A stretch of 64,000 bases of DNA, from the NCBI GenBank assembly GCA_963712275.1, contig CAVQHD010000001.1, positions 1,440,001-1,504,000 on the forward strand, read 5' to 3'. Shown piece by piece: positions 47,982 through 61,671 of the stretch. The first letter of the stretch is position 1. Every line of letters starts with the position of its first letter. Both the position numbers and the translations under genes were made by a program. The stretch comes from an uncultured Rhabdochlamydiaceae bacterium (GTDB lineage: Bacteria; Chlamydiota; Chlamydiia; Chlamydiales; Rhabdochlamydiaceae). The notes under the pieces are model-generated. The model ran no database searches, was not told the origin of the DNA, and was given only the letters and a program-made list of their open reading frames with translations.

Positions 47982-49430
47982 ATGGTAGTACAAAAAACAC
48001 CTTACCTTCAATACCGCACTTTCGATGAAATTTACCTTTTTCAGGCAAAAAATGATATAACAATTACCTTAAAAGTCTACAGTATTTATCGAGAACTGGT
48101 ATCTAAAACTTCTTTACATCTTCTATTACCAAAGGCTAAAGATTATTTTATCACAGGTCAAGTTAAACCTCTTCTGAATCTTTTTAAAGAGCAGCGTATC
48201 ATTTCTTTGCCTTCAAACTCTAATACTTTTATTCCAACCATCTTTCAGAATAAAGATTTCATTCCAACTTTTCATTATTTTGAGAGAGAAGATTCAGACG
48301 CAGCCCGTACACATTTTAGAGAGGCAGTCGAGTATTCTCTGCAGGAAAACAATCCTAAGGCTTTTATGAGCTATGCGCACGCTTTTAGATATACCAATCG
48401 ATGGGAAGACTACGAAAAAATAATCCCATTTCTTACAAAAATAAATGATGAAAAAGCCATGGTTGCCCGCCTTTACCTCGTTAAGTACCAATTGGAAGCG
48501 GGGCAGATAGATCAAGCGAGTAGAACTTTAGAAAAGTGCTTTGCCCTAGGCCGTGACAATCGATTTCTTCATGTCAATGTTCTTAACTGCCCTCGAAAAT
48601 ATAAAGCTGAGGACTATCATAACGCCTTTTTTTTTCTCTGCCAAAGGATTCTAGACAAGCAACCAAATCAGTGGTAGTTCTACTTCGACTGCGCAACCCT
48701 TTTTTCACACCCTTATGATCAATCCTATCTTTTATTAAAGGGAGCTTGCCATGCATTTGAAGAAAAGGAGTACCAGGCTGCAAACGCGCTCTGCACACGA
48801 GCCAAACAAATAGGACTCCATTCTTTTGTGGATGATCTTGTCAGCTTTCATATGGTCACCTCTTTTGATTTAGAAAGTAAGCTTGCTGCACTTGACACAG
48901 CCTATACACAAAAAGGAGATCTTAAATCTTTAGCTAAGCTTCACAAGATGGCTAAATCTCTTTTTCCCCAGGCTTTTCTTTACCAATGCAAATTTGTGGA
49001 TATTCAAATCCAACGTCATAGGTGGCAAAAAATAGCTCAGCCAACCATGGACTGGCTTGATCAGCTCATCAGCAATAACCAGTTGCAATATGCTGAGAAA
49101 GTTATTGCGATCGTCGGTCCTGCTATTGATGGCAACGCTCTCTTGAGTCAACGTTTGCAAGAGGCTTTGAACAAATTTGCCAAGACCCTTGTAGAACAAA
49201 AAAAATTCGAAACAGCTGAAAAAGCTTACCGTTATGCATTCCAAAAATTCCCTACTTTTGAGCAAGCGATCTTGCTAGCTAATACCCTTTATCATCAAGG
49301 CAATAAACTTGCTGAAACTTTTGAGGTTCTAGGCCAAGCGTGCGACATTGCTCGTCAAACAGGAGCGGGTGCAAAGCTCACTCAAACCCTGGAGTGGATT
49401 TCCTGCCTATCAATAAGTAATAAACTCTAG
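47982..49430 (+). pseudogene. TPR-like helical-repeat protein split by a single in-frame amber stop
   Basis: ORFs 47982-48677 and 48828-49430 share a frame. The only stop between them is TAG at 48675-48677. Confidence 0.75.
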
Positions 49431-49438
49431 AGCTACCT

Positions 49439-52646
<3,208 letters not shown>

Positions 52647-52666
52647 GGAGTGCATTATACTGATTT

Positions 52667-53596
52667 TTATTTTTCAAAACGATCGAGAAAAATCGTTTGA
52701 CCTTCTTCAAGAAGGAGGGGCTTTTCCACGTTTTGTCGCACTTTTTTATTGATTCGATACGATTGGAGAGAGGGTTGAAGACAAAGAAAAATTTCACGTG
52801 ACACAGCCGGCTTGAGAAAAGCCCGCCGAAGCACTTTCTTAGACCACTCAAACGAGAGGAGGTCTCCTTGAAGGGATCTCAGATGAACCAAGCGGCCAGC
52901 ATGAAATTCAGGAGGAAGGGTTGGAAGCAGAGAAAATGCCCCTTCTCTCTCCTGAAAAAATAAACCCCGAAGCACCCGATACCCCTCCGTTAAAAGAGCC
53001 AGAGGAGATCCTCTAGAGACTCCTGTCTCCACAATCCCCTGAAACTCTTCATCCTCAAGCCTAGGCGCTAAAATCCCATGAAAGCCCGCTTTAAGGAAAC
53101 AGATCAGCTGAGAGGCGATCTTCCGTTTATCAGAAAATTCAAGAAATCGAAAGATAGGAGAGGCCGCCTCGCTCTGAGGAACCAATTGTCCCAATCGAAA
53201 TAAAATGGGGACGATCTCCTCTAAGTTCATTCGGCGCCAGACAAGGTCCCAATCAAGCTTGGTATGTTTTCCAAGGGAGAGCCGTTCGAGGTCTCCCGAT
53301 TTGACAGCCGGTTGTTTATACCGAACCTCTGTCCCTTCAATCCAAACCCTTCGAAACCCCTCTGCCGTCCTGCCAAAAAGAGCAACGCATCCCCTCTCGA
53401 GGTCAAGCTCAACCGTAAATCCTTCAACAGGTCCTTTCCAATCAAGCCTCTCCTCCCAACTCTTCCCTGACAATAGATCAACAAACCGAAGGCGGGTCGG
53501 AAAGGCCTGCACTTGGCATGAGGTGAAAGGAACGATACAAACTGCTCCAGGACGGTGGCAAAACGGCTTTAAACGGGCGGCAATTTGAAGGGTCAT
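52667..53596 (-). CDS. Conserved hypothetical protein (C-terminus resembles the beta-sheet tail of GH95/GH65 hydrolases)
   Basis: LLPTLPPEFHAGRLVHLR...FEW. ATGA overlap with mtaB. Confidence 0.6.
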   Translation of the reverse strand: MTLQIAARLKPFCHRPGAVCIVPFTSCQVQAFPTRLRFVDLLSGKSWEERLDWKGPVEGFTVELDLERGCVALFGRTAEGFRRVWIEGTEVRYKQPAVKSGDLERLSLGKHTKLDWDLVWRRMNLEEIVPILFRLGQLVPQSEAASPIFRFLEFSDKRKIASQLICFLKAGFHGILAPRLEDEEFQGIVETGVSRGSPLALLTEGYRVLRGLFFQEREGAFSLLPTLPPEFHAGRLVHLRSLQGDLLSFEWSKKVLRRAFLKPAVSREIFLCLQPSLQSYRINKKVRQNVEKPLLLEEGQTIFLDRFEK

Positions 53597-54828
53597 CCCG
53601 CCACCTTTGCCCACAGCCCTTCAGGACGGTTTTCATAGCACTCGGCTGTCACAATTGTATTTCGAGGCACACTCGAATCAAGATAGATAGGAAGAAAGTT
53701 ATCCGAATGTCCAAAACCTTCACTCTCAACAAGCACTTGAAGACGTGTTCCTATACTCTCTTCTCGGAGGGCAAACGCCTGTTTCTCCGACTCTCGAAGA
53801 ACCACCTCTTTTCTCTCTTGAATCACAGCCGGTAGGACACGGTTCGGATAGAGGGCCGCCCTTGTCCTTTCCCTTACACTATAGGGAAACATGTGGACTT
53901 TGGTAAACCGCACTTCTTTCATTACCTCTAGCGTCTCCTGAAAGTCGGCCTCTGTTTCCCCTGGAAAGCCCACAATGATGTCGGTGGTAAACCTAAAGCG
54001 AGGAGAGGCTTTTTTAACCTCCGTAATGGTTCTTAAAAACCGCTGTTTTGTGTACTTCCGATTCATGCGCTTCAAGATTACATTTGAGCCTGACTGAAGA
54101 ACGATGTGAAAGGAAGGGCATGTCTTACGGCCTGTAAGCACAGCATCCAATAACTCTTCATCCACCTCATCAGGGTCGATCGAAGAGATTCGGATGCGCT
54201 CCAGCCCGTCGATCCGATCAACGGCTTTCACAAGATCGGCCAGCTTCTCCCCATTTTCCCCAGCAAAATCGCCTACGTTAATCCCCGTTAAAACCACTTC
54301 CCGATACCCGTTTTCCACAAGCCCTCGAATCTCTCCTAAAATCTCTGAAAATTTCCGAGAGCGCGATCTTCCTCGAACATAAGGAAGAATGCAGTAGGTG
54401 CAAAACGAGTTACATCCATCCTGAATTTTGACAAACGCCCGCGTATGGGCTGCGAATTGATCGATCTTGAATTCAGGAAGGTCAGCTTCGGGGAGGACAA
54501 CCTTTAAAAGGGATTCTTTCTCTTTATTAGAAACAACATGGGCAACTCCCTCTATCGCTCCGATTTCAGCGGGGAGCCTCTCCGCAAGGCATCCTGTCAC
54601 CACGAGCTTTGCCTCAGGAGAAGATCGATGCAGCTGCCGGATTTGGGCCCGGCTGCTCCGATCAGCCCCCTCTGTCACCGTACACGTATTGACAATGCAA
54701 ATCTCTGCTGCCTCCTCCCCTTGAGCCTCTTCATACCCAAGCGCCCGCAGCTGAGAGGCATAAGCCTCCGATTCATATTGATTTGTTCTGCACCCTAAGG
54801 TAGCAATTTTAAACTTTCTTTTTTCCAT
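53593..54828 (-). CDS. mtaB: tRNA t6A37 methylthiotransferase
   Basis: TLGCRTNQYES, NTCTVT, KIQDGCNSFCTYC, LQSGS, DIIVGFPGE, HMFPYS. Confidence 0.93.
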   Translation of the reverse strand: MEKRKFKIATLGCRTNQYESEAYASQLRALGYEEAQGEEAAEICIVNTCTVTEGADRSSRAQIRQLHRSSPEAKLVVTGCLAERLPAEIGAIEGVAHVVSNKEKESLLKVVLPEADLPEFKIDQFAAHTRAFVKIQDGCNSFCTYCILPYVRGRSRSRKFSEILGEIRGLVENGYREVVLTGINVGDFAGENGEKLADLVKAVDRIDGLERIRISSIDPDEVDEELLDAVLTGRKTCPSFHIVLQSGSNVILKRMNRKYTKQRFLRTITEVKKASPRFRFTTDIIVGFPGETEADFQETLEVMKEVRFTKVHMFPYSVRERTRAALYPNRVLPAVIQERKEVVLRESEKQAFALREESIGTRLQVLVESEGFGHSDNFLPIYLDSSVPRNTIVTAECYENRPEGLWAKVAG

Positions 54829-54839
54829 TCAAAGGTGGT

Positions 54840-56513
54840 TTATGAATTAGGAGTTTTTAAATTAAAGCCATACGACATTAGCAGCTCTGCAATAGTTGGA
54901 GAACCAACCCAGTGGTGCCACAGGGACCCAAGATCTATCTCTTCACTTTTTATTTTATGAGTGCTCAAAAGGTATTCCACAAACCTCACGTCGCCTTTTC
55001 TAACAACTTGGAAGAAAAATTGTACGTTGATAGGAGATTTCTTTTCAAAAACGTTATCTGCCAAGATCTTAAAGATTTCGAAACTCGGATTTGATTGTCC
55101 CTGCAGATGATCCAAAAGGGTATGCCCATGATCGTCGAATTTGTTTAAATTCTCATTTTTCAGTTGTTGGACCAAGCCAAGATCGTAGCTCACATAACGA
55201 ATGATACTACAGGGTGGAAAGGGTTGTTTAAACGCTTTCAAGGCAATTTCTCGAAGATGTTCTGAGGCTCTCTTTGATTCAAAGAGATAATAATTAAAAG
55301 AGAGGACCCCGGACCATAGAAGCATATGAGGCCATCCTTTTGAAAAAGAAAGTCCCCATCGATTGGCTAGAGAAGCAAAAGCTTTTATCGCCACACAAGA
55401 GCTTCCGATAAGGACAATCCAAAAACGAGAGTTAAGAATCTCTCGGGCAATTTCAAATTTGCGTTTAGAAAGAGCAATATTGACAACAGGTCTTCGAGTT
55501 CCTATCCAAGCCCATTCATCAGGAATCAAAATCGGCTCGGCCTGCTCCTGAGCCTGTTTTAGCACAGCGTCTAAATTAGGCTTCTCCCACAGAAGACTTT
55601 CCAACTTAGTATCTTGTCTAGTGGCTAGCGTCCCTTTTTTACGGTCGTTAGATCTCTCTACAGATATGTAAGGGAGGTTCTCCTTGGAAGAAGGAGGCTC
55701 AGCTCCAAGAGAGAAGAGTTTACATAAATCTGAAAGAATGTAGTGTGACTCGCTGTATTCCAAGTTGAAACCGTCGCCTAGCTTTATCCGCGCCGCATTT
55801 TTAATGTTAAATCCCTTGGCTACCAAAGCACGCATCACTTTGATCTTTTTAACAGAGCGCCAAAGGGCTGATTGATCATTTGCATTGCAGTTGCGCAGTG
55901 TGACCAAATCTTGCTCTAAAGTGTAAATGGCGCAGCTGGGATGCTTTTGGACCATTTGAATCAAGTCCGATGAGTCTAAAGCCGATAAGGGGGCCAGTAA
56001 TTTAAAAACTTCAAATGGAGCTTTGTTATGCTTACTCCAAGTATAGTCACTCCAACCGGATCCAATGAGGGTTTTTAATAGATTTTTCCGCTCACCTCCT
56101 ATTCCTGAACACTCTTTTGTTAAATTTGCAGGGGTTCTAATCAAGGTTTTTACGACTTCAGGGTCTTCCCCCATGTAAGTCACAGTACTATAGGGGACGG
56201 GCGATTGTTTGGTAAATACTTGAAGAGCGGCTTTTCTAATGGCATAAATAAACCATTTGTATTCCAATACCGTCCATCCATAAGTAACAAGAAACCCAGA
56301 CAAGAGAGTTCCCTTGAATGAAGTTTTTAGTTTGCTGTGCATGAAAACAGCCCAGCAAGCAGAGACGACTGCTGTTCGAGTTGCAATCAACAAAAGATTG
56401 AGCGATGAAGGTAAATGAATAGAATATTCGTCACTTTCCAGCCTCTGATAAGTCGAGGGTTTTACAGGAGGATAAAAAAAAGACTTAACACTAGAAGTGA
56501 TTAATGTAAACAC
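54840..56513 (-). CDS. Membrane-anchored hypothetical protein, paralog of 57372-59213, internal duplication, ankyrin-like segments
   Basis: Shared blocks such as QSPVP, ENLNKFDD.G.TL and NPSFEIFKILAD. Confidence 0.75.
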   Translation of the reverse strand: MFTLITSSVKSFFYPPVKPSTYQRLESDEYSIHLPSSLNLLLIATRTAVVSACWAVFMHSKLKTSFKGTLLSGFLVTYGWTVLEYKWFIYAIRKAALQVFTKQSPVPYSTVTYMGEDPEVVKTLIRTPANLTKECSGIGGERKNLLKTLIGSGWSDYTWSKHNKAPFEVFKLLAPLSALDSSDLIQMVQKHPSCAIYTLEQDLVTLRNCNANDQSALWRSVKKIKVMRALVAKGFNIKNAARIKLGDGFNLEYSESHYILSDLCKLFSLGAEPPSSKENLPYISVERSNDRKKGTLATRQDTKLESLLWEKPNLDAVLKQAQEQAEPILIPDEWAWIGTRRPVVNIALSKRKFEIAREILNSRFWIVLIGSSCVAIKAFASLANRWGLSFSKGWPHMLLWSGVLSFNYYLFESKRASEHLREIALKAFKQPFPPCSIIRYVSYDLGLVQQLKNENLNKFDDHGHTLLDHLQGQSNPSFEIFKILADNVFEKKSPINVQFFFQVVRKGDVRFVEYLLSTHKIKSEEIDLGSLWHHWVGSPTIAELLMSYGFNLKTPNS

Positions 56514-56574
56514 GACTTCCTCCTCTTACAGGTAAGAAGTTTACCACAAAAGAAGTTAAAATAATATCAAAATT

Positions 56575-56781
56575 TTATTTTTTTCGAGGTAGAATCTTGG
56601 ATTTTTTCTTACCTGACGGCTTGATTGGAACAAGCGCATACCGATAAGGCGGCTTGACTTCTACAATTTTGCCATTGCGAGCAAAAACAAGCGCTGTGCC
56701 CGTGCGAACCGCAGTTTCAAACGCTCTTTTAAAACTTTTTTTATGAGCTTTCAAGAGCATTTCAATGAAATCATCTTTCAT
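56575..56781 (-). CDS. Small partner protein of the zeta-like ATPase
   Basis: 68 aa, overlaps the ATPase stop, LVFARNGKIVEV. Confidence 0.65.
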   Translation of the reverse strand: MKDDFIEMLLKAHKKSFKRAFETAVRTGTALVFARNGKIVEVKPPYRYALVPIKPSGKKKSKILPRKK

Positions 56782-57367
56782 AGGCCGCCTTTTTTATTTT
56801 TTCCCAAGCATCCCGATCTAAAACATCTATTGCTTCATTGACCCCTTTCCGAGCAATAATCTTGCCTAGTTTTCCCTTTGGCTCTTCAGTAGAGTTATCC
56901 ACTATAACTGTCATATGCGTCAAAGACAAGTACTCTGTTAAAAGATTTTTTAGCCCAGCGTGATAACGTCTCAGAATAGTATTTTCAGCCACGTCATGCC
57001 CACCTTGCTTGACTCTTTGAGCCACCCTTTTTATAGCTTGTTCAGGAGTCGCAAGCCACAGATAAAACAGAATAATGTCATACCCTTTTGATTTTGCGAT
57101 TTTCAAGTGGTTGACACAGTTTTTCCAAGCCAAAGTGGTTTCAAATGCAAAACTCTTATTATTTTCTAGAAGCTCTTTGAGGCGCTTGATCATTAATTTA
57201 CTTGCTGTAAGCGCCATACTCTCAGGATGTTTGGGAGCAAGTCCTCTAGCTATTTCATCGGCATTGATAAACTCGTATAAGATCGGACTGTTAGCAAGAA
57301 GCTCAAGCGCCATGGTTGTTTTACCCGCTCCATTGGGTCCTGCAATCATCAGAATTTTTTTCGACAC
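56771..57367 (-). CDS. Zeta toxin-like/AAA_33 P-loop protein
   Basis: IAGPNGAGKTT, FINADEIA, SFAFETT, RVAQRVKQGGH, DNS. Confidence 0.9.
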   Translation of the reverse strand: MSKKILMIAGPNGAGKTTMALELLANSPILYEFINADEIARGLAPKHPESMALTASKLMIKRLKELLENNKSFAFETTLAWKNCVNHLKIAKSKGYDIILFYLWLATPEQAIKRVAQRVKQGGHDVAENTILRRYHAGLKNLLTEYLSLTHMTVIVDNSTEEPKGKLGKIIARKGVNEAIDVLDRDAWEKIKKAAYER

Positions 57368-57371
57368 AGAT

Positions 57372-59213
57372 TTAATACCTTCCCCATTTAAACTCTTTTA
57401 GATAAGCCATTCCTAAGCAACGGATTTTCACCTGCAAGGGCAATTGATTAAAATTGGGAACTTGACTCCTATGGAATTGAGCGCCGGCAGCTAGGAGCGC
57501 CAGAACTTTAGGAACACAAAGATATTCTGCGTTTAATGAGGCGTGCAAAGGCGTCATTCCATCTTCATTCGTGGCTTCTAAATTAAAGCCATGGAATTTC
57601 AGCAGTTTTGCCACGCCTGAGCAATTAACGTACTGCCAAAGCTCAAAGTGATTAGGGACATCCTTAATTTCTATTTTTCCAGGGCTTAAAAGATACTGCA
57701 CAAATCTCGCCTGCCCTTTTCTCACAACATGGAAGAAAAATTCCATTTTATTAGAGGACTCCTCTTGAAGAACCTTATCCGCTAGGATCTTAAAGATTTC
57801 GAAACTCGGATTTCGCTGTCCTTCCAGATGACCCCATAAGGTACACCCACGATCATCAAACTTGTTTAACTTCTCTTCTTTCAACTGCTGGACCAAGCCA
57901 AGGTCGTGGCTCACATAACGAGCGACACTGTGAGGTGGAAATGGGTTCCTAAACGCTTTCAGAGCAAGATCCCGAAGATGCAGTGCGGCTCTTCTTGATT
58001 CGAAGAGGTAGCAACCCCAAGAAATAAGACCAGACGCCAGAAATGCCCCGCCAATCCTTTGTAAAAGGGTCCATTTCTTAGCAAAAGCAAAGGCCTTTAA
58101 CGCAATGCAAAAAGTCGTGATAAGGACAATCCTAAAACGAGAGTTGAGAGTGCTTTGCGCAAGCTCGAATTGATCTTGAGAAAGATCAATATTCACAACG
58201 GGCCCTCGGGTTCCTATCCAAGCCTGTTCATCAGGGATAGGGATCGGCTCAGCCTGACCTCGAGCCTGATCGAATACAGCAGCTAATCTAGGCGCCTTCG
58301 GCAATAGGGCTTGCCATTCAACACGCCTTCTAACAACTCTTACCTCTTCTTTCGGATCAGAAGGCTGCTCTCTGTCTCGGCAATTGATTTTCTCATCGAG
58401 AGCTGGTGGCTGTGCTCCAAGAGAGAGTAGGCAACATGCATGCGAAATAAACTCGTAAAGAGAGGAAGAGCCACTACGCAAAACCCCGGGTAATTTTATT
58501 CGCACAGCATCTTTAATGCTAAATCCTCCAGCTGCCAAGGCGCGCATCACGCTGATATCGTGTACAAAATGCCAAAGCATCCATTGATTCTTCGCCGTGC
58601 AGTCGCCCACTGTGACCAAGTTTTGCTTCAAAGTGTAAACAGCACAGCGAGGATGCCACTTCACCATGTTAATTAGATCCACAGCATCTAAATCCTGCGA
58701 GGCATTGGCTAGCAATTTAAAAATCTCAAGCCATGTTTCGTAGCGATGAGCGGAAGTCCAATTGAGACTAACAAGGGTTTTGAGTAAAGTCGTCCCAAGT
58801 AGAGTCGTCCCCGTTTGAGCACATTTTTTTGCTAAATTTGCAGGGGTTTTGATCAAGGTTTTGACAGCTTCGAGATCTGTCCCCATGTAGGTTGCAGTGC
58901 AAACAGGCACGGGCGATTGTTGGGTAAATATCGCAAGGGCGGCTTTTCTAACAGCACGCGTAAAACATTGGTACTCCAATACCACCCATCCACAAGCGAC
59001 AAGAGGTGCATAGAGGATAGACATTTTTAGCTTGCTGCGCATGAAAATCGCTGCGCAGACAGAGACGATGACTGTTCGGGCTGCAATCAACGGACTATTA
59101 GGCGATAAAATCCAAGAGTCAGGCGTAATAGGCTTGTCACTTCTCAGCTTCTCATAAGTCAATGGATGTACGGCAGGAGAAAAAAAAGGCTTAATCTTGG
59201 AAGCGATAGACAT
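57372..59213 (-). CDS. Membrane-anchored ankyrin-repeat protein, paralog of 54840-56513
   Basis: Two hydrophobic hairpins and a C-terminal ankyrin motif GFNLEATNEDGMTPLHA...LLAAGA. Confidence 0.75.
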   Translation of the reverse strand: MSIASKIKPFFSPAVHPLTYEKLRSDKPITPDSWILSPNSPLIAARTVIVSVCAAIFMRSKLKMSILYAPLVACGWVVLEYQCFTRAVRKAALAIFTQQSPVPVCTATYMGTDLEAVKTLIKTPANLAKKCAQTGTTLLGTTLLKTLVSLNWTSAHRYETWLEIFKLLANASQDLDAVDLINMVKWHPRCAVYTLKQNLVTVGDCTAKNQWMLWHFVHDISVMRALAAGGFSIKDAVRIKLPGVLRSGSSSLYEFISHACCLLSLGAQPPALDEKINCRDREQPSDPKEEVRVVRRRVEWQALLPKAPRLAAVFDQARGQAEPIPIPDEQAWIGTRGPVVNIDLSQDQFELAQSTLNSRFRIVLITTFCIALKAFAFAKKWTLLQRIGGAFLASGLISWGCYLFESRRAALHLRDLALKAFRNPFPPHSVARYVSHDLGLVQQLKEEKLNKFDDRGCTLWGHLEGQRNPSFEIFKILADKVLQEESSNKMEFFFHVVRKGQARFVQYLLSPGKIEIKDVPNHFELWQYVNCSGVAKLLKFHGFNLEATNEDGMTPLHASLNAEYLCVPKVLALLAAGAQFHRSQVPNFNQLPLQVKIRCLGMAYLKEFKWGRY

Positions 59214-59216
59214 TAC

Positions 59217-59891
59217 TTAATTATTCCCCTGCATGAGTTTTTCAATTCCCTCGGTATACCACTGGCTGTTTTCAAGCTGAATCAAGGCCGTCATGATGCA
59301 AATTTTAGTTGCCCGCAAACGGTCAATTCTTCCTCGCGTAAGAAGACCAATCAAACCCTCTGACGCCCCTAAATTGGATTTAGATGTGATCCCGCTATGA
59401 TAGCAAGCTTGTCCTAGGTCCATTTTTTTCTCTAGCACCAGATGAAGCAGTTGAGGAGGGATTTCAACTCCAAGAGAAAGCCCTGTATAGTAATGCAATC
59501 CATCATACACACAGCAGACTGTTGTTTCCAAGTATCCCGATTGAGTCCCCGGCGCTTCCAACAAGCCGCTTTCGATACCAAAGCTATACTGACAGGAGCC
59601 GCTGGCAACAAAGGCGTTTTTGGCTCGGCTTTTCGCACCTTGTATCGTTTCTGCAAGAGAGAGCGGCTCACTTGCAACCTCTGAGCTAACTTCATAGGCA
59701 AGGATTTCAGCTCCTGCTAGATTGGAATAGCTTTGAGCCACTTCAGTCACAGCTTGCACTTTAACTGGATTCGTCGAACCTACAGCAATTACCATTTTTA
59801 ATACCTTATTTTTAGTTTCGTATGCGTCACTGAGGGAGGGAACTAAGGTGCAAATGATGTACAAAATTACCGCTTTTTTCACCCTTCTCAT
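59217..59891 (-). CDS. yjjX: Inosine/xanthosine triphosphatase (YjjX/DUF84) with N-terminal signal-peptide-like extension
   Basis: VGSTNPVKVQAV, EPLSLAETIQGAKSRA, GIESG, GLIGLLTRG. Confidence 0.85.
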   Translation of the reverse strand: MRRVKKAVILYIICTLVPSLSDAYETKNKVLKMVIAVGSTNPVKVQAVTEVAQSYSNLAGAEILAYEVSSEVASEPLSLAETIQGAKSRAKNAFVASGSCQYSFGIESGLLEAPGTQSGYLETTVCCVYDGLHYYTGLSLGVEIPPQLLHLVLEKKMDLGQACYHSGITSKSNLGASEGLIGLLTRGRIDRLRATKICIMTALIQLENSQWYTEGIEKLMQGNN

Positions 59892-59909
59892 TCGTCCTCC
59901 AACAATGGG

Positions 59910-60668
59910 TTAACTATCTCTTTGAACACCGTAAATTTGACTTATGTTGGTTATTAAGTCTTTAAGATGGATATGTTTTAATCCGAGCGCCTTAAGATTA
60001 GGAGGATTTTTTGTGCACTCGCTTAAGAATTTTCGCATGTCTTCTTTGATGCTTCCTGGCAAATCCATGCGGGTATTAGCTGTAAGCAATTGGTACAAAC
60101 GAATGATATCGTTTTTATGCTTACGAATGTTTTTCTCGTCTACAGCAGTATCAGCAGCCGATAGATTCAGCCACGCTCGTGCTTTTAATGGAATGAGATA
60201 TTCTGGACGGAGGGTAGATAAATCTCCGATTTCACATTTTCCCTCATGGATAAATGGGTAATATTCTTCATCCAGCAAAATTGCAGAAAGACTTGAAATT
60301 TCCTCATCAATCGGTATAGGTGTTAAATGCCCCCCTTTCATCAATGAGATTGGATCAGGCTTTCGAGAGAATAATTCCACCATTTGGGGATAGTCAGAAT
60401 TTTCTGGATCATGAAATCGATAAAATAGTTTTTTTCCTGTGCTTTTCTGCTGATGTTGATATTTTCCAGCTTTGATAAATTCCCAAAAAGCTTTCACAAA
60501 TTTACTATTTAATGCTTCGATACATAAAACAATGTCGAGATCTTTTGTTGCACGAAAATCAAGCCCCATCTCTTCCATAGCTAACATACATGCCGTCCCA
60601 CCAATGAGGACGTATTGATTAGTAAATGGAGCAAAATGTCTTCTGAATTCATCTAAGCCTTTTACCAT
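59910..60668 (-). CDS. AbiEii-like nucleotidyltransferase (type IV TA toxin-like)
   Basis: YVLIGGTAC, RATKDLDI, LKARAW, KHKNDI. Confidence 0.75.
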   Translation of the reverse strand: MVKGLDEFRRHFAPFTNQYVLIGGTACMLAMEEMGLDFRATKDLDIVLCIEALNSKFVKAFWEFIKAGKYQHQQKSTGKKLFYRFHDPENSDYPQMVELFSRKPDPISLMKGGHLTPIPIDEEISSLSAILLDEEYYPFIHEGKCEIGDLSTLRPEYLIPLKARAWLNLSAADTAVDEKNIRKHKNDIIRLYQLLTANTRMDLPGSIKEDMRKFLSECTKNPPNLKALGLKHIHLKDLITNISQIYGVQRDS

Positions 60669-61657
60669 TTGATGTCCTTTATAAGTTTTTCCAATGCTAT
60701 CTCAACTCTCTCATTTTGAGTCCCTTTCAAACTCAAATAAAGCGAAAAAAAATCTACGAGTCCCCCCTTTGCAAAAAGTTTCGGATTATAGCTCCAAACT
60801 TCAAGTTCAATATCGGCTTCCTCTGCTGAAGGAAGTTCTTGAACAGTGCCCAGCTGCTGAAGCCTTTTCCAAACCTCTGAACTCACAGCATAGATTGGAT
60901 GTATAGGTGGCGTTAACTCTGCAAGTGCGCTTAGGCCTGCTAGAACACCTACGGTCTCAACTTCCTTAATATTGCTCTTTTCCAATCTCAACCATAAACG
61001 CTTTTTCACCGGATTCTGCATCAATGGCTCGGCCTGCTTCCAGAGTAAAGATCGGTTTTCTGCAAAGCAGAACCATCGTTCTTTTCCTTTTCGAACAGCC
61101 TTGCCAAGACCTACCATTTCAAGTTCATTAAGAGCTCGTGTCATAGTCATAGGAGTATAATTCAATGCTTTTGCCAACTTTAATGGAATAAATTGTTTTT
61201 CATTTTGATGTGTCAAAGCATAAATTACAACGGCTTGCGTTGATGGCATTATTCTATGAATAGATCGGTGTGTTTGACAACTACGGTATCTATCGAGCCA
61301 ATCCACCCCCAAACCAGGTAAATAAGTCTGCCTATGAGGGATCACAAACTGAATCCCATGCTGAATCAGCCTTTTACGGTCGTACGAGGATATGGTCTTA
61401 CACACATAAATGCATGGAATTCCAGCCTTTGCTTGAAGCTGCTCTAAGTTCTTGCGGACTAATGCAGGCGTTAATTCGCCGCTCCCCCGAGGCACCGCTA
61501 AAATAAACGGCTTCATTAGCAATAATACTGTATAAAAACTATAGAAATCCTGAAGAAAAAAAGGCAAATTTTTTGCCCCTCTCCAGGGTTTTGGGTTAAG
61601 GCAAATACCCAACGTTTCTTGCAGGTAATGCTTAAGATCTTGAATCACAGCTTCCAT
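60662..61657 (-). CDS. AbiEi-like antitoxin / wHTH transcriptional regulator
   Basis: RKRLIQHGIQFVIP..Q.YLP, LAKALNYTPMTMTRALNEL HTH, ELEVWSYNP, VD..SLYLSL. Overlaps the NTase gene. Confidence 0.7.
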   Translation of the reverse strand: MEAVIQDLKHYLQETLGICLNPKPWRGAKNLPFFLQDFYSFYTVLLLMKPFILAVPRGSGELTPALVRKNLEQLQAKAGIPCIYVCKTISSYDRKRLIQHGIQFVIPHRQTYLPGLGVDWLDRYRSCQTHRSIHRIMPSTQAVVIYALTHQNEKQFIPLKLAKALNYTPMTMTRALNELEMVGLGKAVRKGKERWFCFAENRSLLWKQAEPLMQNPVKKRLWLRLEKSNIKEVETVGVLAGLSALAELTPPIHPIYAVSSEVWKRLQQLGTVQELPSAEEADIELEVWSYNPKLFAKGGLVDFFSLYLSLKGTQNERVEIALEKLIKDIKW

Positions 61658-61671
61658 CGATTCCTTCCGAA

